Below, in pieces: positions 38,751 through 50,207 of a DNA stretch of 64,000 nucleotides. The stretch's first letter is position 1. The number at the start of each line of letters is the position of its first letter. The stretch is from the sequence record MT446415.1; one strand, written 5' to 3'. Origin of the DNA: Escherichia virus TH44. The notes beneath the pieces are model-generated. The model was not told the DNA's origin and did not search any database. It saw only the letters and a list, made by a program, of their open reading frames with translations. The position numbers were made by a program, and so were the translations under genes.

Positions 38751-39662
38751 ATGTCTATGTTTAAACGTAAAAACCCTGCTGACCTGGCTGCTTCCCTTAA
38801 TGCACTGAAAGGTGGTGCTGGTTTCTCTTCTGACGATAAAAAAGAATGGAAACTGAAAGATACTGATGGCGTCGGCTCTGCGGTTATTCGTTTCCTGCCT
38901 TCTAAGAATGAAGAAAATCCATCTCCATTCATCAAGCTCGTTAACCACGGCTTTAAAAATGCTGGTCAATGGTATATTGAAAACTGTACTTCTACTCACG
39001 GCGATTATGAAAACTGCCCTGTGTGTGCGTACATGAATAAGAATGACCTGTACAATACAAACGAATCCGAATATCGTAAACTGAAGCGTAATACTTCTTA
39101 CTGGGCTAACATCCTGGTCATTAAAGACCCTGCTGTTCCGTCTAACGAAGGTCAAGTATTCAAATATCGCTTCGGTAAGAAAATCATGGACAAAATCAAC
39201 CAGATGGTTGAAGTCGATGTTGACATGGGCGAAGAAGCTGTTGATGTAACTTGTCCGTTTGATGGTGCAAACTTCGTACTGAAATCTAAACTGGTTTCCG
39301 GTTATAAAAACTACGATGATTCCAAATTCATGAACCAGTCTGAAATCGCCGGCATCAATGATGAAGCATTCCAGAAAAAACTTTGGGACGACATGTCCGA
39401 CCTGAATGAATTGCTGGTATTTAAATCTCTTGAAGAGAATCAGAAGAAATTCTCTAAAGTAATGGGTACAGCTGCTCTCGGTGGTGCTGCTTCTAAAGCT
39501 GCTGCACAAGCCGATAAACTGGGCGCTGACCTGGACGATTTTGATAAAGATATGGAAGACTTCACTTCCAGCAAACCTGCTAAGTCTGAACGCACTGCGA
39601 CTGCTCCAAGCACTCCAGAGCCTTCTGATGATGGTCTTGACGACCTTCTGGCTGGCCTTTAA
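38751..39662 (+). CDS. 32: ssDNA-binding protein gp32
   Basis: 303 aa; MFKRK...[18 protein letters not shown]...[10 protein letters not shown]...[12 protein letters not shown] closely matches recalled T4 gp32; acidic C-terminal tail. Confidence 0.9.
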   Translation: MSMFKRKNPADLAASLNALKGGAGFSSDDKKEWKLKDTDGVGSAVIRFLPSKNEENPSPFIKLVNHGFKNAGQWYIENCTSTHGDYENCPVCAYMNKNDLYNTNESEYRKLKRNTSYWANILVIKDPAVPSNEGQVFKYRFGKKIMDKINQMVEVDVDMGEEAVDVTCPFDGANFVLKSKLVSGYKNYDDSKFMNQSEIAGINDEAFQKKLWDDMSDLNELLVFKSLEENQKKFSKVMGTAALGGAASKAAAQADKLGADLDDFDKDMEDFTSSKPAKSERTATAPSTPEPSDDGLDDLLAGL

Positions 39663-39667
39663 TATAA

Positions 39668-39695
39668 GGGGACCTTCGGGTCCCTTTTTTATTTT
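39668..39695 (+). terminator. rho-independent terminator
   Basis: GGGACC-TTCG-GGTCCC plus TTTTTTATTTT. Confidence 0.7.
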
Positions 39696-39696
39696 C

Positions 39697-39768
39697 AAAA
39701 AGTAGTGTACAAGCCCCTTGAGCTAAGGCATAATGATTCCATCAACTACTGATAACAACTGAGGAAAT
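39697..39768 (+). promoter_or_regulatory. T4-type early promoter cassette
   Basis: AAAAAGTAGTGTACAAGCCCCTT, 18 bp, CATAAT, GATTCCATCAACTACTGATAACAACTGAGGA. Confidence 0.6.
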
Positions 39769-39772
39769 AAAA

Positions 39773-40135
39773 ATGGAAATCGGCAAAAAATATGAGTTCA
39801 ATCCGCATCGTATTAAATCTTTCATTGGCATTAGTTCATCGAATGCTAGTATGGTCGACATCATCCAAGAAAATGGTGGTTGGTTTGAAGTTAAATCAAT
39901 ATCAAGTTTAGACGGCTATGATTATGTAACCGAAATCATTTGTGCTAATGGTGCAATCTATAATGATGATGGCATGGGTGATGATTATTTTGAACTTAGT
40001 GAAGAAGAGTTTTATTGCTTCCGTGAATACTCCAATTATACAAAAACACCTTCGGGGGCGGTTTCTATTAATTGTGTTGTAGATGCTAATAACGTCGACC
40101 AAATCATTGAACTTCTACAAAAAGCTTTCAAATAG
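39773..40135 (+). CDS. hypothetical protein, three-member paralogue family
   Basis: 120 aa; aligns along its length with 40485-40859 (GK.Y...P..K.FI...G..F.V......G.Y..E...DYFEL.E.EF). Confidence 0.5.
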   Translation: MEIGKKYEFNPHRIKSFIGISSSNASMVDIIQENGGWFEVKSISSLDGYDYVTEIICANGAIYNDDGMGDDYFELSEEEFYCFREYSNYTKTPSGAVSINCVVDANNVDQIIELLQKAFK

Positions 40136-40195
40136 CAGTTTACAATGGGTCTATGGTTGAGATACTATAGACCTATCAACTACATGAGGAAAATA
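40136..40195 (+). promoter_or_regulatory. early promoter cassette variant
   Basis: GTTTACAATG then GGTCTAT...ATAGACC inverted repeat around a -10-like TACTAT, then CTATCAACTACATGAGGA. Confidence 0.45.
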
Positions 40196-40197
40196 AA

Positions 40198-40425
40198 ATG
40201 GCTAAGGTTAATATTGATATCGTTGATTTTGAATACACTTACGAAGTTATTCGTAATCGGTATCCTTCTTTGTGTATGACTTACATTAAAGATACCCAAT
40301 TCTTTAGTATTCAAATTGAAGTTCAAGGTCCTCTTGAAGACCTTACCCGCTTTATGCAAAATGAATATTGCGAAGGGATGCACCCGGAAGACGCTAAATT
40401 TTATATGAATTTGATTGAAGCTTAA
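40198..40425 (+). CDS. hypothetical protein
   Basis: 75 aa, SD GAGGAAAA. Confidence 0.45.
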   Translation: MAKVNIDIVDFEYTYEVIRNRYPSLCMTYIKDTQFFSIQIEVQGPLEDLTRFMQNEYCEGMHPEDAKFYMNLIEA

Positions 40426-40484
40426 TATACAAACCAACGGGAACATGATAATATGTTCCCTCAATTGAATATGAGGAAATTAAA

Positions 40485-40859
40485 ATGATGGAAACTGGTA
40501 AATTTTACGTATTAGACCCTGCTGCTAAAAAACAATTCATCGCTGGTAGCCCTGATGATAATTATAATTCATGCATGGTCAAGTTGATGGAACAGCATGG
40601 CAGTTCCTTCAAAGTCCTGGATATGAGTTATATTGAAGGTGATTATTTTGTTGAAAAAGTTGAAATGAAAGATGGCACTATCCTGAATAGTATGGGTGGA
40701 CCTGATGAGTACTTTGAACTCGCTGAATGGGAATTCTGTCACTTCCTGGAAGTTGATGGCGATGCTCCTGATGTTGATACCCAAACCATTCATGTGCAAG
40801 TCAATCACAAAAATGCCGCAGAAGTCATTGCACTGATTAAAGCAACTTTTGGGGTCTAA
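40485..40859 (+). CDS. hypothetical protein, three-member paralogue family
   Basis: 124 aa; paralogue of 39773-40135; preceded by GGGAACAT/ATGTTCCC hairpin and SD. Confidence 0.5.
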   Translation: MMETGKFYVLDPAAKKQFIAGSPDDNYNSCMVKLMEQHGSSFKVLDMSYIEGDYFVEKVEMKDGTILNSMGGPDEYFELAEWEFCHFLEVDGDAPDVDTQTIHVQVNHKNAAEVIALIKATFGV

Positions 40860-40860
40860 C

Positions 40861-41115
40861 ATGACTAAAGATGATTTCCTGGATGCAGTAGAAAAAGCAA
40901 GCGAACAATTTGAAGTAATGGGTGTACGAGTTCATAAAGACAGAAATTATGGTCTGGATGTTCAAACATACTCATTATGGCTTGTTGGTGAACACAGTCT
41001 TGCAACCAATCTTGTTATGGGGGTTGATACTCATCCTTTATTAGTTAAGTTCAGAAGTATGGAAAAAGCCACCAAGGAAATGATTAAACTTGGCAAATGG
41101 CTTGATAAAATTTAA
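40861..41115 (+). CDS. hypothetical protein
   Basis: 84 aa from internal ATG. Confidence 0.4.
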   Translation: MTKDDFLDAVEKASEQFEVMGVRVHKDRNYGLDVQTYSLWLVGEHSLATNLVMGVDTHPLLVKFRSMEKATKEMIKLGKWLDKI

Positions 41116-41190
41116 AAAGTAGTGTACAACCAAATGGGGCTATGACATAATGGTCCCATACTGAGTTAACAACTAAAACACTGGAGAATA
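41113..41190 (+). promoter_or_regulatory. T4-type early promoter cassette
   Basis: AAAAAGTAGTGTACAA, 18 bp, CATAAT, GGTCCCATACTGAGTTAACA. Confidence 0.6.
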
Positions 41191-41192
41191 AA

Positions 41193-41432
41193 ATGAAATT
41201 ACAACGTGAGAGCATCAAAGATTCAGAAGTTAAAGGCAAATGGTACTTTACAATCCAGGGTAACAATCCAGAAGCTCTGGAAAAAGCTGAAGAAACTTTA
41301 TGTGCGATGGGTTGGAAAGATGAGTGTGATGGTTGTCCTCTTTATGAAGATGGTAGCTCATCTGGTTTCTGGATTCACCACTCTGATGTTGACCAATTTA
41401 AAGCTGACTGGAAAGTCGCTAAGAAAGCGTGA
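41193..41432 (+). CDS. hypothetical protein
   Basis: 79 aa, SD GGAGAA. Confidence 0.45.
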   Translation: MKLQRESIKDSEVKGKWYFTIQGNNPEALEKAEETLCAMGWKDECDGCPLYEDGSSSGFWIHHSDVDQFKADWKVAKKA

Positions 41433-41442
41433 GGAAAATATA

Positions 41443-41780
41443 ATGCTTACTGAATACACTTGCTTTGCTAAAGATGATGTGCATCCTGAACTGATTCTTG
41501 AAGTTAAGGTTAATACGCTTGAACAAAAATTTGATTGGAGCCTTTACATCTATCCTAAAAATAATATTGATGGTCCACAGAAATATACGCTTAATGACAA
41601 GTGCATTAGTGGTATCATTGGATATGGTACAAGTGAAAGCAAGTATTCATTAGAAGATATTCGCAATTCTCGTTGTGCGGTATCATATTTTGATACAGAT
41701 ATAATTAAACATCTTTATAAATTGGTTCTTGATATTCGCAAAGATTTTACTGCCGTTAAAAAGGCAGTTAAGGAATTAAA

Positions 41781-41784
<4 letters not shown>
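41443..41784 (+). CDS. hypothetical protein
   Basis: 113 aa from internal ATG with SD GAGGAAAA. Confidence 0.45.
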
Positions 41785-43445
<1,661 letters not shown>

Positions 43446-43446
<1 letters not shown>

Positions 43447-43643
43447 TGAATATTCGTATAGTAAACAATAGATACGGCACCAATGAGGTGCTGTTTGAAA
43501 AAATGAATATAAGTCTCGATGAACTGCCTAAAGAGAAAACAACGATTTTTGTCCAGGGTAAAGAACTTTATGTTATGCGTGTTATTAAATCGTATGAACA
43601 TGATGATTTCAATCGGTCTATCTGGTTTATTGTCGAGGTATAA
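43446..43643 (+). CDS. hypothetical protein
   Basis: 65 aa overlapping td stop. Confidence 0.4.
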
Positions 43644-43704
43644 TGAAAATTCAAATTGCCGGTATTTTATTTCTGACCGTAATGGTCGGGCTTAACTTCC
43701 TATT

Positions 43705-44004
43705 ATGAAAGCCTGTCGGGTTGTTAACAAATATCAATCCGACTTTGATGTGAATATTCAACGGGGTACCATGTGGGGAAACCCATATAAAGATGGTACC
43801 CGAGAAGAAAACATAAAGAACTTTAAAGAATATTTCATAGCAAAGATTAAATCGGGTGAAATCAAAAGAGAACACCTTGAAACTCTCCGCGGAATGCGAT
43901 TAGCCTGCACATGCAAACCGAAGTCATGTCATGGCGATGTTATTGCTCTGGTCGTTAACAAACTTTTCAAAGACACCTTTTCGCTCGAGGATTTGGGTAC
44001 ATAA
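43705..44004 (+). CDS. small Cys/His-motif protein
   Basis: 99 aa; WGNPY...LRGMRLACTCKPKSCHGD pattern. Confidence 0.45.
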   Translation: MKACRVVNKYQSDFDVNIQRGTMWGNPYKDGTREENIKNFKEYFIAKIKSGEIKREHLETLRGMRLACTCKPKSCHGDVIALVVNKLFKDTFSLEDLGT

Positions 44005-44063
44005 ATACGATTCCGCTTCAGGGCACTGTGATATAATTATTTAAAATTTAATGAGAGGAAATT

Positions 44064-44309
44064 ATGAATTTACGATTTAAACGCCAGTCAGGCGAAGTCA
44101 TTTTTGAAATGCCACAATTTACCGAACAGGATTTACCTGCCCCAAATTCTTATATCACTATTGACGGAATCAAATTTCGGGCCAAACGACATGAACGTGT
44201 CTACTGTCATGATTCAGCCGGTGATGTCCAGTCATATTTTGACATCACTGTCCAGTCAGAAGAAGAATATAATGATGAAATGACTTCGGAACTACCAGAG
44301 ACAATTTAA
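44064..44309 (+). CDS. hypothetical protein
   Basis: 81 aa, SD GAGAGGAAA. Confidence 0.45.
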   Translation: MNLRFKRQSGEVIFEMPQFTEQDLPAPNSYITIDGIKFRAKRHERVYCHDSAGDVQSYFDITVQSEEEYNDEMTSELPETI

Positions 44310-44342
44310 GGTTCCCAACCCTTTTGAACTATAGAGGAAAAC

Positions 44343-46598
44343 ATGCAAGTACAAAAAAGTAGTGGTGTATCCCAAGATTTTGATGGCCAGAAAATTATTA
44401 AAGTTCTTTCTTGGTCATGTGAAGGAACCAATATCGACCCATACGAATTATACGAAACAATCAAACCACATCTGCGCGATGGTATGACTACTCGCGATAT
44501 TCAGACGGTTATCATCAAAGTGTCTGCTGGGCTTATCTCGGTTGAAGAACCAGATTACCAATACGTTGCAGCGAAGGCTACGATGTTTGCTCTGCGTAAA
44601 GATGTTTATGGACAATTTGAGCCGCGTTCTTTTATTGACCAGATTTCTTATTGTGTTAATGAAGGCAAATATGACCCGGAGCTGTTGTCAAGCTACTCCG
44701 CCGAAGAGATTACTTACCTGGAATCTCGCATCAAACACGAACGTGATTTTGACCTGACTTATGCGGGCGCGATGCAACTTAAAGAGAAATACCTGGTTAA
44801 AGATAAAACCACTGGTAAAATCTACGAGACTCCGCAATTCGCTATCATGGCTATCGGCATGGCACTGCACCAGGATGAACCAACGGACCGTCTGAAGCAC
44901 GTTTGTCGTTTTTATGATGCAGTATCCACCCGACAGGTTTCGTTGCCCACACCTATCATGGCGGGCGCCAGAACACCTACCAGGCAGTTCAGTTCCTGTG
45001 TGGTTATCGAAGCGGCTGACTCCCTGAAGTCAATTAATAAGACTGCTAATTCAATCATCGAATATATCAGTAAGCGTGCAGGTATCGGTATCAACGTTGG
45101 CATGATTCGTGCCGAAGGTTCGAAAATCGGTATGGGCGAAGTCAAGCATACTGGTGTTATTCCGTTCTGGAAACATTTCCAAACGGCTGTTAAATCATGT
45201 TCACAAGGTGGAATCCGTGGCGGCGCTGCTACTGCTTATTATCCTATTTGGCATTTGGAAGTTGAAAATTTACTCGTTCTGAAGAACAACAAGGGCGTTG
45301 AAGAAAACCGCATCAGACATATGGACTATGGCGTCCAGCTGAATAACCTGATGATGGAGCGACTGGCTAAGAATGATTACATTACTCTGTTTAGTCCGCA
45401 CGAAGCTGGCGGTGAATTGTATTATTCATATTTTGATAACCCGGATAAATTCCGCGAGTTATATGAAGCTTTAGAAAAAGACCCGACGGTTCGTAAGAAG
45501 CGCATCAAAGCAAAAGATGTATTCGAATTATTCATGACCGAACGTTCCGGGACAGCTAGGGTTTATCCACAGTTCGTTGATAACGTGAATGACTACACTC
45601 CGTTCATCCGTGATAAGGCTCCGATTCGTCAATCAAACCTTTGCTGCGAAATTGCAATCCCGACTACTGATGTGAACAGCGAAGATGCTGAAATCGGATT
45701 GTGCACATTGTCTGCATTTGTTCTGGATAGTTTTGACTGGCAGGACCAAGATAAAATTAACGAGCTGGCCGAAGTACAAGTTCGTGCTCTTGATAATCTG
45801 TTGGACTACCAGGGTTATCCGGTTAAAGAAGCTCTGAAAGCCAAAAAACGGCGCAACCTGGGTGTTGGGGTTACTAACTATGCTGCATGGTTGGCAAGCA
45901 ATTTCGCTTCCTACGCTGATGCAAACGATTTAACGCATGAACTGTTTGAGAGATTACAATATGGCCTTATCCGTGCATCAATCAAGCTCGCCAAAGAAAA
46001 AGGACCTTGCGAATATTATTCAGACACTCGTTGGGCTCGAGGCGAACTACCTATCGACTGGTACAATAAAAAGATTGACCAAATCGCAGCTCCAAACTAC
46101 GTTTGTGACTGGGCGCAGTTGCGGGAAGACCTGGTTGAATATGGCATCCGTAATAGCACATTATCAGCACTTATGCCTTGTGAGTCATCTTCCCAAGTTT
46201 CTAACAGTACAAACGGTATCGAACCTCCGCGTGGACCAGTCTCTATTAAAGAGTCAAAAGAGGGTTCCTTTAATCAAGTCGTGCCCAATATTGAGCACAA
46301 TAAAGGATTGTACGATTACGCATGGGTGCTAGCTAAGCAAGGTAACAAACCTTATCTGACACAAGTCGCGATTATGTTGAAATGGATTTGTCAGTCAGCA
46401 TCAGCCAATACATATTATGACCCGCAGAATTATCCGAAAGGAAAAGTTCCGATGTCAGTTATGCTTGACGACCTGATGTACTTCTGGTATTTTGGTGGAA
46501 AAAACCTTTATTATCATAACACTAGAGATGGTTCCGGAATAGACGATTACGAAATCGAAGCTCCTAAAGCAGAAGACTGCTCCGCCTGTAAACTTTGA
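44343..46598 (+). CDS. nrdA: ribonucleotide reductase large subunit
   Basis: 751 aa; ATP-cone N-terminus, active-site NLCCEI and C-terminal CSACKL. Confidence 0.9.
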   Translation: MQVQKSSGVSQDFDGQKIIKVLSWSCEGTNIDPYELYETIKPHLRDGMTTRDIQTVIIKVSAGLISVEEPDYQYVAAKATMFALRKDVYGQFEPRSFIDQISYCVNEGKYDPELLSSYSAEEITYLESRIKHERDFDLTYAGAMQLKEKYLVKDKTTGKIYETPQFAIMAIGMALHQDEPTDRLKHVCRFYDAVSTRQVSLPTPIMAGARTPTRQFSSCVVIEAADSLKSINKTANSIIEYISKRAGIGINVGMIRAEGSKIGMGEVKHTGVIPFWKHFQTAVKSCSQGGIRGGAATAYYPIWHLEVENLLVLKNNKGVEENRIRHMDYGVQLNNLMMERLAKNDYITLFSPHEAGGELYYSYFDNPDKFRELYEALEKDPTVRKKRIKAKDVFELFMTERSGTARVYPQFVDNVNDYTPFIRDKAPIRQSNLCCEIAIPTTDVNSEDAEIGLCTLSAFVLDSFDWQDQDKINELAEVQVRALDNLLDYQGYPVKEALKAKKRRNLGVGVTNYAAWLASNFASYADANDLTHELFERLQYGLIRASIKLAKEKGPCEYYSDTRWARGELPIDWYNKKIDQIAAPNYVCDWAQLREDLVEYGIRNSTLSALMPCESSSQVSNSTNGIEPPRGPVSIKESKEGSFNQVVPNIEHNKGLYDYAWVLAKQGNKPYLTQVAIMLKWICQSASANTYYDPQNYPKGKVPMSVMLDDLMYFWYFGGKNLYYHNTRDGSGIDDYEIEAPKAEDCSACKL

Positions 46599-46636
46599 TA
46601 TAATTATGCTCATGGATGAGCTATTGAGGAAATAAA

Positions 46637-47815
46637 ATGAGTACAGTTTTTAATACCACTCCGGTGGATGTTTTAGCCGAGCCGATGTTTTTTGGTTCAG
46701 GATTGGGCATCGCACGTTATGATATCCAGCGTCATAAAGTTTTCGAAGAATTAACAGAAAAGCAATTATCATTCTTCTGGCGACCAGAGGAAGTCAACCT
46801 GATGATGGATGGGGCCCAATTTAATAAGCTTCCTGAACATCAACAAAATATTTTTACCAACAACCTGAAATACCAATCACTCCTGGACAGTATCCAGGGT
46901 CGTGCTCCAGCTGCAGCATTAGCCGCATTAGTTTCTGACCCAAGTCTTGATACATGGATTCAGACCTGGACATTCAGCGAGACAATTCACTCTCGTTCTT
47001 ATACGCACATCATGCGAAATCTCTATACGGACCCGGCGAAGGTATTCGACGAAATCCTGTTGGATGATGCAATCATGAAGCGAGCTGAATCCATCGGTCA
47101 TTACTATGATGATGTTCTGAATAAAACTCGTCAATGGCAAAACCAGATTGCTTTTGTTGAACTGGCCAAAGAAACTCCCGAAGCAGACGAACGTTTGGAA
47201 CGAGCTATCAAACAAGAAGCTATCGCCAAACGAGCATTGATGAAGTCTCTTTATCTCTGCCTGCATGTTATCAACGCCCTGGAAGCTATTCGTTTTTATG
47301 TATCTTTTGCATGTACTTTCAACTTCCATAAGAATATGGAAATCATGGAAGGCAATGCGAAGATAATGAAGTTCATCGCCCGTGATGAACAACTTCACCT
47401 TAAGGGGACCCAATATATTCTTCGTCAGTTGCAGACTGGTACCGACGGTGACGAATGGGTTAAAATTGCTCAAGAATGTGAAGCAGAAGCTGCAGCCATT
47501 TTCATGGAAGTTAATCGCCAGGAAAAAGAATGGGCCGTGCATCTGTTTAAAGACGGTGGACTCCCTGGGTTGAGCGTCGAGATTCTTAACCGCTTCATCG
47601 ATTACCTGACAGTTTCTCGTATGAAGCAATGCGGTCTCCCCTGTGAAATCGTGTTAGAATCTACTAAGCACCCGATTCCATGGATTCGTGAATATCTCAA
47701 CTCTGATAATGTGCAATCTGCCCCACAAGAAGTTGAGTTGTCTGCTTACCTGGTAGCCCAGATTGACAATGACGTCGATGAGAATGTTCTTGCTGGTTTC
47801 CGTAAATATCTATAA
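46637..47815 (+). CDS. nrdB: ribonucleotide reductase small subunit
   Basis: 392 aa, uninterrupted; di-iron ligand regions and radical Tyr region. Confidence 0.9.
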   Translation: MSTVFNTTPVDVLAEPMFFGSGLGIARYDIQRHKVFEELTEKQLSFFWRPEEVNLMMDGAQFNKLPEHQQNIFTNNLKYQSLLDSIQGRAPAAALAALVSDPSLDTWIQTWTFSETIHSRSYTHIMRNLYTDPAKVFDEILLDDAIMKRAESIGHYYDDVLNKTRQWQNQIAFVELAKETPEADERLERAIKQEAIAKRALMKSLYLCLHVINALEAIRFYVSFACTFNFHKNMEIMEGNAKIMKFIARDEQLHLKGTQYILRQLQTGTDGDEWVKIAQECEAEAAAIFMEVNRQEKEWAVHLFKDGGLPGLSVEILNRFIDYLTVSRMKQCGLPCEIVLESTKHPIPWIREYLNSDNVQSAPQEVELSAYLVAQIDNDVDENVLAGFRKYL

Positions 47816-47818
47816 GGA

Positions 47819-47840
47819 AAGGGCTTCGGCCCTTTTTGCC
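47819..47840 (+). terminator. rho-independent terminator
   Basis: AAGGGC-TTCG-GCCCTT plus TTTTT. Confidence 0.6.
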
Positions 47841-47841
47841 C

Positions 47842-48252
47842 ATGAAACAAATCGCTGATGAATACAGTTTTATAAAATACGCGGAGTTGGAGTTAGTCGA
47901 TGGTAAAATCCCTATCCTTACTCTCGCAAACAAGAAAAATGTTATCTATGCTATTTCAGTTGATGATGAACTAGTGTATATTGGTAAGACGAACAACCTT
48001 AAGAAGCGTATCAACTATTACCGGACTGCAATTAACCGAATCGAACAGACGAGTGATTCAAACAAATCCCGGATGATACATGAAGCTTTACAAGAAGGCA
48101 AAAAGGTGGTATTCTATGCACGGCAATGTTTCAATCTGTCAATGACCAATGAACTTGGCACAATGTCAGTCGAAACGATGTCTCTGGAAGAGCCGATGTT
48201 CATCAAGCTTTTTAATCCCCCGTGGAATTACCAACATAAGGTGAAGAAATGA
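47842..48252 (+). CDS. denA: endonuclease II (GIY-YIG family)
   Basis: 136 aa from ATG (identical to T4 EndoII length); VIYAI...LVYIGKT GIY-YIG-like motif; position between nrdB and rnlA. Confidence 0.6.
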   Translation: MKQIADEYSFIKYAELELVDGKIPILTLANKKNVIYAISVDDELVYIGKTNNLKKRINYYRTAINRIEQTSDSNKSRMIHEALQEGKKVVFYARQCFNLSMTNELGTMSVETMSLEEPMFIKLFNPPWNYQHKVKK

Positions 48253-49385
48253 TTGAATTATATGATAACTTAATGAAGCTTTGCGCCGAATCCGATAAAG
48301 GTAAGTTTTTCTATACGGATTTTGTTTCTCCATTTGAAACTAAGTTCCGCATCTTTAGCTATAACTATGCTTCCTATAGTGATTGGCTTCTTGATGATGC
48401 GCTGGAGTGTCGTGGTATTATGTTTGAAATGGATGCTAATGGCCCAGTTCGCATTGCCGCCCGTCCTATGGAAAAATTCTTTAATCTGGGTGAGAATCCA
48501 ATGACCATGGACCTTAACCTTGATGAGGTTGTCCTGGTTACTGCAAAAGCTGATGGTAGTTTGGTTTCTACTTATATGGACCAGACTAATATCGCCTTTA
48601 AATCCAAAGGGTCAATCAAAAGCTCCCAGGCTGCTGAATCCTTGCAGGTGTTTAAACAAGAGCATCGCAGTGCATTCAGGGCTCGCGTAACTGAAATCAC
48701 TGAAGCTGGTTATACATGCAATATGGAATATGTTGCACCAACCAACCGCATTGTTTTGCCTTACCAGGAACGTGACCTGATTTTACTGAACGTTCGTCAT
48801 AATGAAACGGGCGAATATATTCCTTATCAGGAACTGTTCAAAGATGCTGCACTCCGTCCTTTCCTGGTTGAAGCATATGACCCGGCGAGCATTGAGAATG
48901 TTCGTGGTATGAAAGAGATTGAAGGCTTCGTCTACGAGTTGGCAAGTGGTCAGAAGTTCAAGATGAAAACAGAATGGTATTGTGCTCTGCATCATACTAA
49001 AGACTCCATTAATAATAATGAGCGACTGTTTGAAGTTGTTGTTGCTGGCGGGGCAGATGATGTTATTGCCATGTTTACTGGCGATAATTATGCTCGCGAA
49101 AAAGTTAATGCCTTTACTGTAACGCATCTGGATTATCTGTCCAATACGCTGGGATTGTTGCTTGATGCTCAGAAACAATTGGCAGGAAAAGACCGTCGCG
49201 AGTTTGCGATTAAAGGTCAAGAGTTGTGCAAACCATACCCGGGATTGTTCTCCGTATTAATGAACACCTATCAACGCCCACAGGAAACTGAACAAACGAT
49301 TGCTCAAATCAATAAAGTTTTCCTTAAAAATCATAAACTTTACATTCCGTCGGACTACCAAGCGGAAGTAATCCTTCCTGAATAA
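48249..49385 (+). CDS. rnlA: RNA ligase 1
   Basis: 378 aa (T4 374); nucleotidyltransferase motif I lysine in TAKADGSL. Confidence 0.8.
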   Translation: MIELYDNLMKLCAESDKGKFFYTDFVSPFETKFRIFSYNYASYSDWLLDDALECRGIMFEMDANGPVRIAARPMEKFFNLGENPMTMDLNLDEVVLVTAKADGSLVSTYMDQTNIAFKSKGSIKSSQAAESLQVFKQEHRSAFRARVTEITEAGYTCNMEYVAPTNRIVLPYQERDLILLNVRHNETGEYIPYQELFKDAALRPFLVEAYDPASIENVRGMKEIEGFVYELASGQKFKMKTEWYCALHHTKDSINNNERLFEVVVAGGADDVIAMFTGDNYAREKVNAFTVTHLDYLSNTLGLLLDAQKQLAGKDRREFAIKGQELCKPYPGLFSVLMNTYQRPQETEQTIAQINKVFLKNHKLYIPSDYQAEVILPE

Positions 49386-49389
49386 TAAA

Positions 49390-49455
49390 AAAGGGGTGTA
49401 CAAGCCCCTTCTTTCTATACATAATGGTTCCATCAACTACTGATGAGGACCAAAA
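49390..49455 (+). promoter_or_regulatory. T4-type early promoter cassette
   Basis: AAGGGGTGTACAAGCCCCTT (the -35 sits in a hairpin loop), CATAAT, GGTTCCATCAACTACTGATGAGGA. Confidence 0.6.
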
Positions 49456-49456
49456 C

Positions 49457-49690
49457 ATGTTAAACTTAATTACAAATGACAGAGTTACACAGGCATATGG
49501 TGACAGAAATGATGGAATCTATGTCTACAAGGGAGACCACCGGATTGGTTTCATTACTGACCTGAAGGCCAAATTGTTAAAAGAACTGAAAGCTCAAACA
49601 GGTGATTCTGGGTTTAGAGCAAGAGCCAAAAAGAAAGATGAGCGCCTAGGTGCCAACTCTTTTGGTCCCCGGGGTTACAACCGCTACTAA
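49457..49690 (+). CDS. truncated paralogue of the alc N-terminal region
   Basis: 77 aa from internal ATG; ...QAYGDRNDGIYVYKGDHRIGFITDLKAKLLKELKAQ aligns with the N-terminus of the next ORF. Confidence 0.45.
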   Translation: MLNLITNDRVTQAYGDRNDGIYVYKGDHRIGFITDLKAKLLKELKAQTGDSGFRARAKKKDERLGANSFGPRGYNRY

Positions 49691-49703
49691 TGAGGAAAAT
49701 ATT

Positions 49704-50207
49704 ATGGATATGCAACTGATTTCAAATGAAATGATTGTCAATGAATATGGTGACCGTCATGACGGAATTTATGTCTATAAAGGGACCAAGAAAATTGGTC
49801 TCATGACTGACCTGCGGAAAAAACTCGCCTCCAATAAAAAGTTGAAAGCGAAACAAAAAGAATATCGTGATAAAAAATCAGAAGAGCGGAAAGAAGCACT
49901 GCATGAATCTGTTCCTGAAATGGTTGACTTCTTAAAGAACCATTTGGTTAAATATGATGCAGAAGTGTTCATCAATCAGACCCAACCTAATGTGCATATC
50001 AATGGATGTGTTTGTTATGTTGTGGTTGAACCCCTGACACTTCAACACCGCCTGGGAATTAAACACCCAGTGTTAACCCAGGATGATATGGCGGATGAAG
50101 TTGGTAATCAGTTCCGCATTTCAGCATCTGACAGTACAAATCACATCCTCCTGAATGGTTTATCCCAGGATGATATTGTTGAGGTAATCATCAAGTTATG
50201 CAAATAA
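49704..50207 (+). CDS. alc: Alc-like protein
   Basis: 167 aa from ATG with SD GAGGAAAA, exactly T4 Alc length; position between rnlA and pseT; sequence not verified. Confidence 0.45.
   Translation: MDMQLISNEMIVNEYGDRHDGIYVYKGTKKIGLMTDLRKKLASNKKLKAKQKEYRDKKSEERKEALHESVPEMVDFLKNHLVKYDAEVFINQTQPNVHINGCVCYVVVEPLTLQHRLGIKHPVLTQDDMADEVGNQFRISASDSTNHILLNGLSQDDIVEVIIKLCK

Noticed and set aside
38721-39698. 325 aa minus-strand ORF antisense to gene 32; likewise 11799-12785 antisense to gene 39, 46928-47629 antisense to nrdB, 62446-63090 antisense to alt, and 209-637 antisense to primase
   Set aside because: Each lies entirely inside a strongly supported gene on the opposite strand, has no SD, and has an odd low-complexity composition; these are shadow ORFs.
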